Of a DNA stretch of 64,000 nt, positions 38,660 through 47,942 are shown one piece after another. The stretch is from Qipengyuania sp. (GTDB lineage: Bacteria; Pseudomonadota; Alphaproteobacteria; Sphingomonadales; Sphingomonadaceae), in assembly GCF_043423005.1 (NCBI RefSeq), contig NZ_JBHWMI010000029.1:196-64195 (forward strand), in the 5' to 3' direction. The position numbers and the translations under genes were made by a program. The notes beneath the pieces were generated by a model. That model did not search any database and was not told where the DNA came from. It was given only the letters and a program-made list of their open reading frames with translations. Positions within the stretch are counted from its first letter, which is position 1. Each line of letters begins with the position of its first letter.

Positions 38660-40177
38660 TCAGGCGACTTCGAGGGCGTTGTGCAAAACAGTCACGAGCA
38701 GGCGGGAGCGGGTCTCTTCGCCTGCGGTGAGGCTGGCTTCGAGTTGGTCGCACAGGGTCATGAGCTCGTCAACTTTAGCAACGATCTGGTGCTGATCATT
38801 TTCACTTGGGATCATAATTGCATGTTCTGCCAGCGCCTTCATGCTGAGGGCAGGAACCGCCGTTCCGGCTTGGTACTTCGACATATCGATTGTGCTAAGG
38901 ACGAGATAAAGCCAATCCACACTAATGCCATCTTTGGGAACCTGTCCTGCGCAATTATTGTCTATTGCCGATGCGCAGCTTAATACTCGCCTCTTGTTTG
39001 TCGCAATAGCCCCCCCAATCTTAGGGAAAATTACCGTGCCCGCAGGATAGGTCGTCGCCCGCATAGAATGCAAATCATCTTCTGAAACATAATTATTAGC
39101 ATGAACTATACGTCGCTCGTTTCCTAAAATATTCATGTCGGAAACTTTTAAAAAAGGAAAACCTCCTTCGCACTTACCTTGAAAATGCTTTGGAAAACCA
39201 TTCCCGCTAACAAAATCTCCGATGTCCTTAAGCACGCCGGGTGTCATCGGAGTTCCGGAATTAACTAATTGCCCCTGCACGGCAAGATTGAGGACAGTCT
39301 GGCGCAGTTGCTTGATCTGGTCGGGACGGGTGGTGAGGGGGGTGAGGTTGTCGAGCGCGAAGCGGGCGTCGGCGGAGAATGTTTCGGGATCGGGCGCGTT
39401 GAGGCGCGCCAGCGTCGCAGCCGTCAGCATGTCGCGCCCAGCCTCCCGCTCCGCCCGCGCAGCCTCAAGCTGGTCGCACAGCACCATGAATGCATCAAGC
39501 TGGCCTTGAACTTCGGGACTGATCAAGGGAACGGGCACCTCGGCAATTCTGCCGATGGTGAGGGTCACGTTTGCCGTTCCGGTCATACGCGAGACGAGTA
39601 GCTCGTCTTTGAACGTAGAGAGGTATTCAAAGAGGAAGCGTGCTGAGATGATCTCTGGCGCGTAAGGAAATACAGCGGCCAAGATCGTGCCCAAAGCAAA
39701 CTTGCCCTCCTGATAATGCAGCCGATTGATGCTGGCATTCCCGTGTCCTGTCGCCGAGACAAGTGGGATCACCGCAGCCGCGCCTTCAAAATCAAAATGA
39801 TCGCACGACGATCTCTTCGCTGCGGTGACCACGAGGGGATAGTCACCGGGGACCGCTTGCTTGATGCCGGTCTGACCTTTCTCAATTCGGGCAATCTGAC
39901 CGAGTGGCACGAAGGTCGAGGAATTTTTGAAGACGTCAGGTAGGTCGTCAGGACGGACGGGTAGATATGTTTTGGGCTTCGAAATTGCGCCAGCGCCAAC
40001 GAGGCTCGCTTTCTCAGCCTCGATCGCGCCGGCAAGATCGGCAGCGCAGCGCATATCGGCACCCGCCTTCCAATGCCCTGCTATCGCCAATCCGACAGCT
40101 ACTTTTCGCAGTTCGGCGATACGGTCCGGGTGATCCCCAAACCTGCATAGGCCTTCGCGAAAGTTCTCCGGCATCAT
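38660..40177 (-). CDS. hsdS: Type I restriction-modification specificity subunit
   Basis: Repeated conserved segments (LRQTVLNLAVQGQL; IVAKVDELMTLCDQLEA / LMVLCDQLEA-like) around two TRDs; second TRD is AT-rich. Confidence 0.9.
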   Translation of the reverse strand: MMPENFREGLCRFGDHPDRIAELRKVAVGLAIAGHWKAGADMRCAADLAGAIEAEKASLVGAGAISKPKTYLPVRPDDLPDVFKNSSTFVPLGQIARIEKGQTGIKQAVPGDYPLVVTAAKRSSCDHFDFEGAAAVIPLVSATGHGNASINRLHYQEGKFALGTILAAVFPYAPEIISARFLFEYLSTFKDELLVSRMTGTANVTLTIGRIAEVPVPLISPEVQGQLDAFMVLCDQLEAARAEREAGRDMLTAATLARLNAPDPETFSADARFALDNLTPLTTRPDQIKQLRQTVLNLAVQGQLVNSGTPMTPGVLKDIGDFVSGNGFPKHFQGKCEGGFPFLKVSDMNILGNERRIVHANNYVSEDDLHSMRATTYPAGTVIFPKIGGAIATNKRRVLSCASAIDNNCAGQVPKDGISVDWLYLVLSTIDMSKYQAGTAVPALSMKALAEHAIMIPSENDQHQIVAKVDELMTLCDQLEASLTAGEETRSRLLVTVLHNALEVA

Positions 40178-41631
40178 CGAACAAGAGCTTCCGACAGGAT
40201 CGCCTTAAGCTGGTCCCGAAGCTTTGCCGTGATTAATTCAGCGTCAGCAACAGCCTTCAACAGCGATGCCGGATCACCGAGATCGGCCTCCTCGCTGTGC
40301 GGGTTCTTGAAATCGAGGTTGTAGCCGCGCGCCTTGACCTCATCGGCGGTGACCTTCCACGCGTGTGGCCCCTCTTCACGGCCTTGCCGGTCCGCACCGC
40401 CCCACCAAGCGATGCAGTCGGCGAAGTGCTCCGTACGGATCGGTTTGGTCATCGAATAGGCCTTCTGGCCCTCTGGCACGCGGTGTTCGTAGAACCAGAT
40501 GTCCTGAGTCGGTTCGCCCTTCTCGAAGAACAGCAGGTTGGTACCGATCGAGGCGTAGGGCTTGAACACGCTGTTGGGCAGGCGGACGATGGTGTGGAGG
40601 TTGCATTCCTCCAGCAAGGCCTCCTTGAGCCGGGTCTTCACGCCTTCGCCGAACAGGCTGCCGTCGGGCAGGACGATCGCGGCGGCCCCGCCCTTGCGCA
40701 ACAGGCGGATGAACAGCGCCAAGAACAGGTCCGCAGTTTCGCGCGTGCGATAATGCTGGGGGAAGTTGCTTTCGATCCCGTCCTCTTCCTTGCCGCCGAA
40801 GGGAGGGTTGGTAAGGATGACGTCGACGCGGTCCTTCTGCTCCCAACTGATGTAGGGGCGGGCCAGCGTGTTATCGTGGCGCACGAAGCTCGGATCCTCG
40901 ACCCCGTGCAGCAGCATGTTCGTGACGCACAGCATATGCGGCAGCGGCTTCTTTTCCACCGCGCGGAACGACTGCTGCATCAGCAGTTCGTCCTCGGGCC
41001 GCTTCACGTAGCGTTCGCGCATGTGGCTCATCGCGCAGGTGAGAAAGCCGCCCGTGCCGCAGGAGGGATCGAAGATGATCTCGCCGGGCTTGGGGTCGAT
41101 GCGGTCGACCATGAAGGCGGTGACGGCGCGTGGGGTGTAGTACTCACCCGCATTGCCGGCCGACTGCAGATCATTGAGCAGCTGCTCGTAAACGTCGCCG
41201 AAGTGCTGGCGCTCGGTCAGGTTGTTGAAGTCGATGTCGTTGATCTTGTTTACCACCTGCCGGAGCAGCTGACCGGACTTCATGTAGTTGTAGGCATCCT
41301 CGAACACATCGCGGACGACGCGGCGCCGATCGCCTGGCTGGCCGGTGGGCTTGAGGCCCTTCAATGCGGGGAACAGCTCGTCGTTCACGAAGGCCAGCAG
41401 GGCTTCTCCGGTCAATCCTTCGGGGTCGGCTGCCCAGTTGCGCCACTGGAACTGCGCGGGCACGGGCGACTCATACCCGTCGCGCATCAACTCCAGTTCC
41501 TGATCCTGATCGTCGATGATCTTCAGGAAGAATAGCCAGCACAGCTGGCTGATGCGCTGGGCGTCGCCATCGACGCCCGCGTCCTTGCGCATGATATCCT
41601 GGATCGACTTGACGAGCGTACGCACGGACAT
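40174..41631 (-). CDS. hsdM: Type I restriction-modification N6-adenine methyltransferase
   Basis: GEYYTPR, DPSCGTGGFL, TNPPFGG. Confidence 0.96.
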   Translation of the reverse strand: MSVRTLVKSIQDIMRKDAGVDGDAQRISQLCWLFFLKIIDDQDQELELMRDGYESPVPAQFQWRNWAADPEGLTGEALLAFVNDELFPALKGLKPTGQPGDRRRVVRDVFEDAYNYMKSGQLLRQVVNKINDIDFNNLTERQHFGDVYEQLLNDLQSAGNAGEYYTPRAVTAFMVDRIDPKPGEIIFDPSCGTGGFLTCAMSHMRERYVKRPEDELLMQQSFRAVEKKPLPHMLCVTNMLLHGVEDPSFVRHDNTLARPYISWEQKDRVDVILTNPPFGGKEEDGIESNFPQHYRTRETADLFLALFIRLLRKGGAAAIVLPDGSLFGEGVKTRLKEALLEECNLHTIVRLPNSVFKPYASIGTNLLFFEKGEPTQDIWFYEHRVPEGQKAYSMTKPIRTEHFADCIAWWGGADRQGREEGPHAWKVTADEVKARGYNLDFKNPHSEEADLGDPASLLKAVADAELITAKLRDQLKAILSEALVR

Positions 41632-41634
41632 GGG

Positions 41635-44097
41635 TTAGGCGACATCCTGATAGAGTTCGTTCTGGAGGGCGTGGACGGCATCCTCGAAACCGGCCTTGCC
41701 ACCGAAGGCGTTGATCAACTGGACAGGGGTGCCCAGCGTGTTCAAGGGCGGTATACGGAGCACGTTGGTATCGTCGAGGTTAAGTACCCCCTCATCGGCA
41801 TACTTCTCGAGCAGCGCGGTCAGAACGGCACGCGCCTGTTCGCGGTATTTGGCGAAGACGTCGCGCTTCTGGACGTTGGCTGCCCGCTCGCGCCTGGTGA
41901 GCGGTTTGCGATCGAAAGCGATGTGGCAGATCAGGTCGAAGGGGTCGAGGCCCTTGCCCAGTTCCTCGGCAATGACGTCGAGGTCTAGTCCTTCTGCTTC
42001 GAGTTCGTCGACCAGCGCCTGCTTGCGGTCGGATGAGTTCCATCGCGAGAGGAAGTCGTCGAGGCTGACGAAGTGCTTGCGCAGTCGGCGCTTGGTGAAA
42101 TCCCGCAGGCTCTCGGTGACCAACTTGCCGCTCTCGTCGAGGTATTCGACACGCTCGGCGACGATCGCGACCTGTACGCCATCGACATATATCTTGCCTT
42201 GCTTGGTGGGACTGCCCTTGATCGAGATGTCGGGGGTTTCGCCGTCGACGATGACCTCTTCGTCGTCAGCCTCACCGCTGTCGCTATTTTCGTCCGCCGA
42301 CCCGTCATCATCTTCCGGATCGGGCTCCGGCGGGACGATCGGGTCATCTTCGCCCGGTTCGTAGATCTGCACAGGCTCGCCGTCGAAATCCGGATCAGCG
42401 AAATGGTTGGTGGCGCCGCGGAAATCCATCAGCGTGAAGTAATACTTCCGGGTATCTTCATGCACCCGAGTGCCGCGACCGACGATCTGCTTGAACTCGG
42501 TCATCGAACCAACCTCGCGGTCGAGGACGATCAGCCGGCAGGTTTGGGCATCCACGCCGGTCGACAACAAGCGCGAGGTCGTGACAAGAACCGGATAGCG
42601 GCTTTCCGGATCGATGAAGTTGCCGAGCTGCGCCTGACCTTCGGGATCGTTACCGGTGATACGCATGACGTAGCGCGAGTTCTCGGCAACAAGGTCGGCG
42701 TTTTCGTTGACCAAGGCTTGCCTCATGCGTGCAGCGTGTTCCTGGTCGACGCAGAAGACGATCGTCTTCTGGTAGCGGTCGCCGCTTTCCTTCAGGAACT
42801 GAGTAACCTTGCGGGCGACGACCTTGGTCCGGTCGTCCAGCACGATGTTACGATCGAAATCCTTGGTGTTGTAGATGCGGTCGGCGACTTCGTTGCCTTC
42901 ACGGTCCAGCTGGCCCTTCTCCGGTCGGTAGCCTTGCACATCCCGGTCAATGTGAACCTTGATGACCTTGTAGGGCGCGAGAAAGCCGTCGCGAATGCCC
43001 TGTTTGAGCGTGTAGCTGTACACCGGCTCGCCGAAGTAGTGGATGTTCGACGCGTACTCTGTTTCCTTGGGCGTGGCAGTGAGACCGATCTGCGTCGCGC
43101 CGCTGAAGTGGTTGAGAATGTCCCGCCAGGCGCTGTCCTCGGCCGCGCTTCCGCGATGGCACTCGTCGATGACGATGAGGTCGAAGAAACCAGGCGAGAA
43201 CTCCTTGAACAGCTTTTGCCGCTCTTCGGGGCCGGTAATCGCTTGGTAAAGGCCAAGGTAGATCTCGTAGGCCGTATCGACGCGCCGTTTCTTGTCCATG
43301 GCGATGGTAAGGTCGATCGACGTCCCGTCGTCGCGCTCGATGGTCTTCGCATTGGCTGACAGCTTGGCCATCGCCGCGCCGAATGGCCGGAAATCGTTGA
43401 CCATGGTCTGATCGACGAGGACATTGCGATCAGCGAGGAACAGGACGCGCTTCTTGTGCCCGCCCTTCCACAATCGCCAGATGATCTGGAACGCGGTATA
43501 CGTTTTACCTGTGCCGGTCGCCATGACCAACAGGATGCGGTCTTGCCCCTTGGCAATCGCTTCCATCGTCGAATTGATGGCGTTGACCTGATAATAACGA
43601 GGTTGTTTACCACTGCCATCGTCGTAGTAATCTTGGAGAACAAGATCTTCGCCCGCGGAGGTCAGGCCTTTCCATTTAGCGTACCTCTGCCAAAGCTCCC
43701 CCGGACTTGGAAATTCATCGAGCGAGAGGTTCGTTTCGGTTTCGATTGCCTGTCCAGTGCGATCGTGGAATACAAAGCCATCGCCGTTGGACGAGAAGAC
43801 AAACGGGATGCTTAAAACCTCAGCATACTCAAGGCCCTGCTGGAGGCCTTCCCCGATGCCTCGCTTGTTGTCCTTCGCCTCGATGAGCGCAATCGGTATG
43901 TTGGGTTTGTAGTATAGGACGTAGTCCGCGCGTTTGCCCTTGCCCCGCGCTACCAGCTTACCGCGAACGATAATCCGCCCCTTTGTAAAGCTGACTTCCT
44001 CTCGGATTTGAGTCAGTTTATCCCAACCTGCATCTACGAGTGCCGGCGTGATGTACTTTGTGCAAATGTCCCTTTCGCTCAGATGCTTCTTGTTCAC
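41635..44097 (-). CDS. hsdR: Type I restriction endonuclease subunit R (EcoAI/EcoEI-like)
   Basis: ADYVL...IEAK nuclease motif, MATGTGKT, DECHRG, TATP, QIVGRGTR, C-terminal DPFDLICHIAFD. Confidence 0.95.
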   Translation of the reverse strand: MNKKHLSERDICTKYITPALVDAGWDKLTQIREEVSFTKGRIIVRGKLVARGKGKRADYVLYYKPNIPIALIEAKDNKRGIGEGLQQGLEYAEVLSIPFVFSSNGDGFVFHDRTGQAIETETNLSLDEFPSPGELWQRYAKWKGLTSAGEDLVLQDYYDDGSGKQPRYYQVNAINSTMEAIAKGQDRILLVMATGTGKTYTAFQIIWRLWKGGHKKRVLFLADRNVLVDQTMVNDFRPFGAAMAKLSANAKTIERDDGTSIDLTIAMDKKRRVDTAYEIYLGLYQAITGPEERQKLFKEFSPGFFDLIVIDECHRGSAAEDSAWRDILNHFSGATQIGLTATPKETEYASNIHYFGEPVYSYTLKQGIRDGFLAPYKVIKVHIDRDVQGYRPEKGQLDREGNEVADRIYNTKDFDRNIVLDDRTKVVARKVTQFLKESGDRYQKTIVFCVDQEHAARMRQALVNENADLVAENSRYVMRITGNDPEGQAQLGNFIDPESRYPVLVTTSRLLSTGVDAQTCRLIVLDREVGSMTEFKQIVGRGTRVHEDTRKYYFTLMDFRGATNHFADPDFDGEPVQIYEPGEDDPIVPPEPDPEDDDGSADENSDSGEADDEEVIVDGETPDISIKGSPTKQGKIYVDGVQVAIVAERVEYLDESGKLVTESLRDFTKRRLRKHFVSLDDFLSRWNSSDRKQALVDELEAEGLDLDVIAEELGKGLDPFDLICHIAFDRKPLTRRERAANVQKRDVFAKYREQARAVLTALLEKYADEGVLNLDDTNVLRIPPLNTLGTPVQLINAFGGKAGFEDAVHALQNELYQDVA

Positions 44098-44368
44098 TCA
44101 AAGTCCCTCCGCGCACTTTAGCCCTACGGCACGAACGGCTTTGTCGCTAGAGGCAACGGGAGAGTCTTCAAATATCCGCGAGCGGACTGGTGGCCTACGG
44201 GAAGCAATCACGTCAAATTAGACGTAAATTCTCGAATCTTTCGGTATGATGTCACCATTCTGGATCGTTCTTGGGTTCCCGCGCTGGTTGCGCGAAAGTC
44301 GACATCGGTCCACCATCGAACAAGCGGCTTATCGGGAATGGCATAGTCGCGCGCTGGCGAGGGGATAC

Positions 44369-45208
44369 ATGAAGTTCATCTATGTCGACGAGAGCGGAGC
44401 CCGTGACCAAGGCGACGTATTCGTGATGTCGGGGCTGATGGTTGACGCCTACAAGCTACGCAAGAAGACGGCCGACTTCGACGCGAAGCTCGAGGCCATC
44501 TTTGCCCAGCACCCCGGAACACGCGGCGACCTCAAGACGAAGCGCTTCATCAACGGTGCCGGCGCGTGGAACCAGGTGCCCGCGCAGCAGCGCAAGAACT
44601 TCCTGCGCGAGATCTGCGAACTCGCCGTCGCCAACGGCGGCAAGGTCTACGGCATCGCCCTCTCCTACGACCGGTTCGATGTCGCGCTCGCAGCAGGTCA
44701 CGGCCATCCATTTGCGAACAGCTACTGGATCGCGGGCGCAATGTTTGTCTCTTCGCTGGTGCAGAAGAAGATGCAGGGCGTGGCCAATTCTAAGGGCCTC
44801 ACTGTCTTGATCATGGACGACAACAAGCAGGAGATGGCAAACCTTTCCGATGGTATCTACAAGTGCAGCGAATGGTATGACGGGCTTTACCAGCGCCGAG
44901 GCAGGAGGCGCGGCAAGAGCGTCTGGCTGGACCGGAGACCGAAGGATCGCTTCGACCAAATCATCAACACCGCGTTCGCGATTAAGTCGGATCATTCTTC
45001 GCTGGTACAGGTCGCCGATGCGCTGAGTTGGGTCTTCCGCCGCCACCTCGAACTAGAAACTCAGCCAGAGGCTTATGTCGGCGAGCAGGCCTATTACAAA
45101 GATCTGATCGACATTCTCGAACCGCAGCGCGAGAAGCTGGGGCACTGTCCGCAGGAACCGTGCGTCGCATTCTATCAAGCCGCCCGTCACGAAGGGTGGG
45201 CTGTCTGA
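44369..45208 (+). CDS. DUF3800-like protein (RNase H-like acidic motifs)
   Basis: MKFIYVDESG, LIMDD, SSLVQVADAL. Confidence 0.78.
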   Translation: MKFIYVDESGARDQGDVFVMSGLMVDAYKLRKKTADFDAKLEAIFAQHPGTRGDLKTKRFINGAGAWNQVPAQQRKNFLREICELAVANGGKVYGIALSYDRFDVALAAGHGHPFANSYWIAGAMFVSSLVQKKMQGVANSKGLTVLIMDDNKQEMANLSDGIYKCSEWYDGLYQRRGRRRGKSVWLDRRPKDRFDQIINTAFAIKSDHSSLVQVADALSWVFRRHLELETQPEAYVGEQAYYKDLIDILEPQREKLGHCPQEPCVAFYQAARHEGWAV

Positions 45209-45249
45209 CGAGCCGGGTTGGCGATACGGGAGATTGGCCCTCGGCCAAC

Positions 45250-46488
45250 TTATCGCTGGCGTGTCACGTCGTCCTCAGTTGGTGGGCTGACGTGCTGAGC
45301 GACATCCTCACAGGCTCGAATGATGGCGTCCAGCACCAGCTCAAGTCCGGACGCGTCATAGCTGGCCGGCAATTCGTTGAACTTCAGGAAGCGGCGATAA
45401 TAGCGTTCCTTGCTTATCAACTCACCCTGGTACACCCCCTCGGCCGAGCGGTAGCTCGTCCAGCGAATCACAGGCCTCTCCGCTTCCCCATAACCGAGGT
45501 CTAAGTAGCATTCGATGGCCGCCGCTCGGCCGTTGATGTCGGAAATGCCAGAGCCCTCCGGACCTTCCGTGCAGAACGCGCGAAGCCGGTCGTTTGCTGG
45601 TAGACAGATGGCTCGCATGTTTGGCGGAAGGCGCAATGAAAGCGTGTCGCGATGGCGCGCCGCGCCCTCTGCATCGTTGTCGTACACGACCAGCACCCTG
45701 TTTTCGATGCCGATGCTGACCAAACCCTGACAGAACCTGTGAAGATTGCCCGTCCCGGTGAACGGATATCCTTCCTCCATGTCGACGAATGAGAAGAAGT
45801 CGGCGACGTCGGGTCGGAGGAGGCGGAAACCCTGTCCGATGATCCTCGCATCCGAACTTCCCTCAGTAACGATCAGGAATCGTCGCACGCGGCCGAGGCT
45901 GCCGAAGATACCCTCTCGGTTGACCCAGCCCCCTTCAATCACGTCCGCGAATTGCCACGTCACGGGCTCATCAAGGTTTCTGGGATTCAGCCCCAAGAGC
46001 ACCATAACCGAAGCCGGCGAAAGATTCTCTAGTGCGTAACCCAGATCCCAGGCCGCCCTGCGCTCGCCGCCGAACCTGTCGAGCCCCAATCGAACGTAGA
46101 TCTCGCGCGCGAAGAATTCCCCAAAGTCGTGGTCTCCGCTCTCGTCCATGATCGGTGAGCTTACATCGAAGTCGCCCAGCGCTTCCGCCAGCTGGTCGAA
46201 CGTGATCGGCAGTGACTCTCCGTACTGCTGCTCGATGCTGGCGAACTCGGCTTCCGCTGTCGTGATCGAATGGCCAAGAAGCGCTAGACGGGGGAGTACC
46301 CGGCGGAGGGAACGACTTGTGCCTTCTTTGAGCTCGTCGATGACCCCTTCGGCGTCCTCATCCCAGTAGGCGTAAGGCACGAGACCGACATCATCCGGCT
46401 GGAAGAGTTCTCCATGCATCCTGAACATGTTGTTCTTGCCCCAGTCGACTTCAAAGCGGCCGACCGCGAGGTGGATGAGGGAGCCCAT
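45250..46488 (-). CDS. HEPN/Toprim-associated N-terminal domain + TOPRIM protein
   Basis: MGSLIHLAVGRFEVDWGKN N-terminus; IVTEGSSD and VYDNDAEG (TOPRIM E...DxD), AIECYL. Confidence 0.78.
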   Translation of the reverse strand: MGSLIHLAVGRFEVDWGKNNMFRMHGELFQPDDVGLVPYAYWDEDAEGVIDELKEGTSRSLRRVLPRLALLGHSITTAEAEFASIEQQYGESLPITFDQLAEALGDFDVSSPIMDESGDHDFGEFFAREIYVRLGLDRFGGERRAAWDLGYALENLSPASVMVLLGLNPRNLDEPVTWQFADVIEGGWVNREGIFGSLGRVRRFLIVTEGSSDARIIGQGFRLLRPDVADFFSFVDMEEGYPFTGTGNLHRFCQGLVSIGIENRVLVVYDNDAEGAARHRDTLSLRLPPNMRAICLPANDRLRAFCTEGPEGSGISDINGRAAAIECYLDLGYGEAERPVIRWTSYRSAEGVYQGELISKERYYRRFLKFNELPASYDASGLELVLDAIIRACEDVAQHVSPPTEDDVTRQR

Positions 46489-46661
46489 CTGGCGATTCTT
46501 GCACGCGCGGCGAGGCTGTCCAATCTTAATTTAGTGTTTGTGGCTACGGTACTGCGCAGCGCCTGCTTTTGAGATCGCCGTTGGCCGCGGCGACTGTCCG
46601 GAATTAGGGCGTAAGGCGGACGTCAGCGAGGCAGACTGACGGAAATTCTCCAATGATCTGA

Positions 46662-46691
46662 GTGCCCATCTTTATCGTCTATGGGGCACCA
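46662..46691 (+). repeat. Right attachment site (arm GTGCCCATCTTT + core GCACCA)
   Basis: Inverted copy of the left arm and direct copy of the tRNA 3' hexamer; host-like genes resume afterwards. Confidence 0.85.
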
Positions 46692-46808
46692 GCGGCCGGC
46701 TTTAGCCCGGTATTAACCCCTAGTTCCTATCTCCGAAATCCTTGACGGATGCGGTGCCATCCCAGCCGGGTCGACGCGGCGCAGGACATTTCGGAGAACT
46801 GTCGAGCG

Positions 46809-47435
46809 ATGGATTATCAGGCTGGCACAAGCGGCACCCAGAGTGCGGGGCGCGATGATCAGCGTGGGGCGCCGCGTTACCTTTCGCTGATCCGTTCGGC
46901 AAAGCTTATCTCGCCCGCGGGCGAATTCCTGTGCGTCATCCGCGACGTTTCGGCCACCGGCATCGGGCTGCGCGGCTTTCATCGCCTGCCGTCTGACAGC
47001 GCGGTCGCGCTTGAACTCCAGAATGGCGAGACGTTCGAACTGCACGCCGTCCGGCGGCAGGGGGTCGACGGCAGTTACAGGTTCGAACGCCCGATCGAGG
47101 TCGACCGGCTGATCCGCGAAGTCTGGAACTACCCCAAGCGTCAGCTGCGGCTCAACCTGTGCGTGCCGCTGACCCTCACCACGCTGACCCAGCGGGCGGA
47201 GGCGGTTACCCTCAACCTGTCGCAGCAGGGTGCCCGGATCGAATGCGACGCTGCCTTCGCCATCGATCAGAACGTACGCGTCAGAGGGCAAGGGATGAAC
47301 GACATAAGGGCCAAGGTTCGCTGGCGGCGCGACGCGCATTACGGCCTGGTGTTCGACAATACCTTTTCGCTGCGGGAACTGGCGCTGCATGCCGCTGCGC
47401 TTCAATGCCCGCAACTCCTGGAGGAGACGGGCTGA
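46809..47435 (+). CDS. Tandem PilZ-domain protein
   Basis: QRGAPR / DVSATG and KRQLR / NLSQQG motif pairs. Confidence 0.85.
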   Translation: MDYQAGTSGTQSAGRDDQRGAPRYLSLIRSAKLISPAGEFLCVIRDVSATGIGLRGFHRLPSDSAVALELQNGETFELHAVRRQGVDGSYRFERPIEVDRLIREVWNYPKRQLRLNLCVPLTLTTLTQRAEAVTLNLSQQGARIECDAAFAIDQNVRVRGQGMNDIRAKVRWRRDAHYGLVFDNTFSLRELALHAAALQCPQLLEETG

Positions 47436-47456
47436 CCGCAGGGGCGCCCGGCGGCG

Positions 47457-47942
47457 TCAGGCCGGGCGGAAAGCCAGTGCAATGCCGTTGATGCAGTGCC
47501 GCTTGCCGGTGGGCCGGGGTCCGTCGTTGAAGATATGGCCCAGATGCCCGCCGCAATCTGCGCAGTGGACTTCGGTACGCGGATAGCCGAGGGCGAAGTC
47601 CCGCGCCGTGCCGACCGCCCCGTCGAGAGCCTGCCAGAAGCTCGGCCAGCCGGTCCCCGAATCGAACTTGGTCCTCGACGAATAGAGCGCATTGCCGCAC
47701 CCGGCGCAGTGAAACGTGCCCGCTCGTTTCTCCTTGTCGAGCGCAGAGCTGAACGGTCGCTCGGTCCCCTGCTCGCGCAGTACATGGAACTGCGCGCGGG
47801 TCAGCTTGCGGCGCCATTTGCCTTCGCTGAGGGACACCGGGAAACTCTTGGCCGAGGCATCGCCGGCCCCGCGGGCCGCCAGGGCCACGCAGCCCGCGCC
47901 CGCCCCCAGCAATCCGAGGAAATCGCGCCGTGTCCTGGCCAT
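47457..47942 (-). CDS. msrB: Peptide-methionine (R)-S-oxide reductase with Tat signal
   Basis: TRRDFL, GTERPF, KFDSGTGWPSF, GHLGHIFNDGP, RHCING. Confidence 0.96.
   Translation of the reverse strand: MARTRRDFLGLLGAGAGCVALAARGAGDASAKSFPVSLSEGKWRRKLTRAQFHVLREQGTERPFSSALDKEKRAGTFHCAGCGNALYSSRTKFDSGTGWPSFWQALDGAVGTARDFALGYPRTEVHCADCGGHLGHIFNDGPRPTGKRHCINGIALAFRPA

Larger units (their letters stand above)
9571..46691. mobile_element. Integrative mobilizable element / genomic island (~37 kb) at the tRNA-Leu 3' end
   Basis: GCACCA direct repeat at 9571-9576 and 46686-46691, inverted 12-bp arms, serine integrase at the left end, relaxase, defence cargo. More A/T-ending codons than the flanks (visual impression). 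Confidence 0.88.

Noticed and set aside
9571..46691. Prophage or self-transmissible ICE interpretation
   Set aside because: No capsid, terminase, tail, VirB4 or coupling-protein genes recognised
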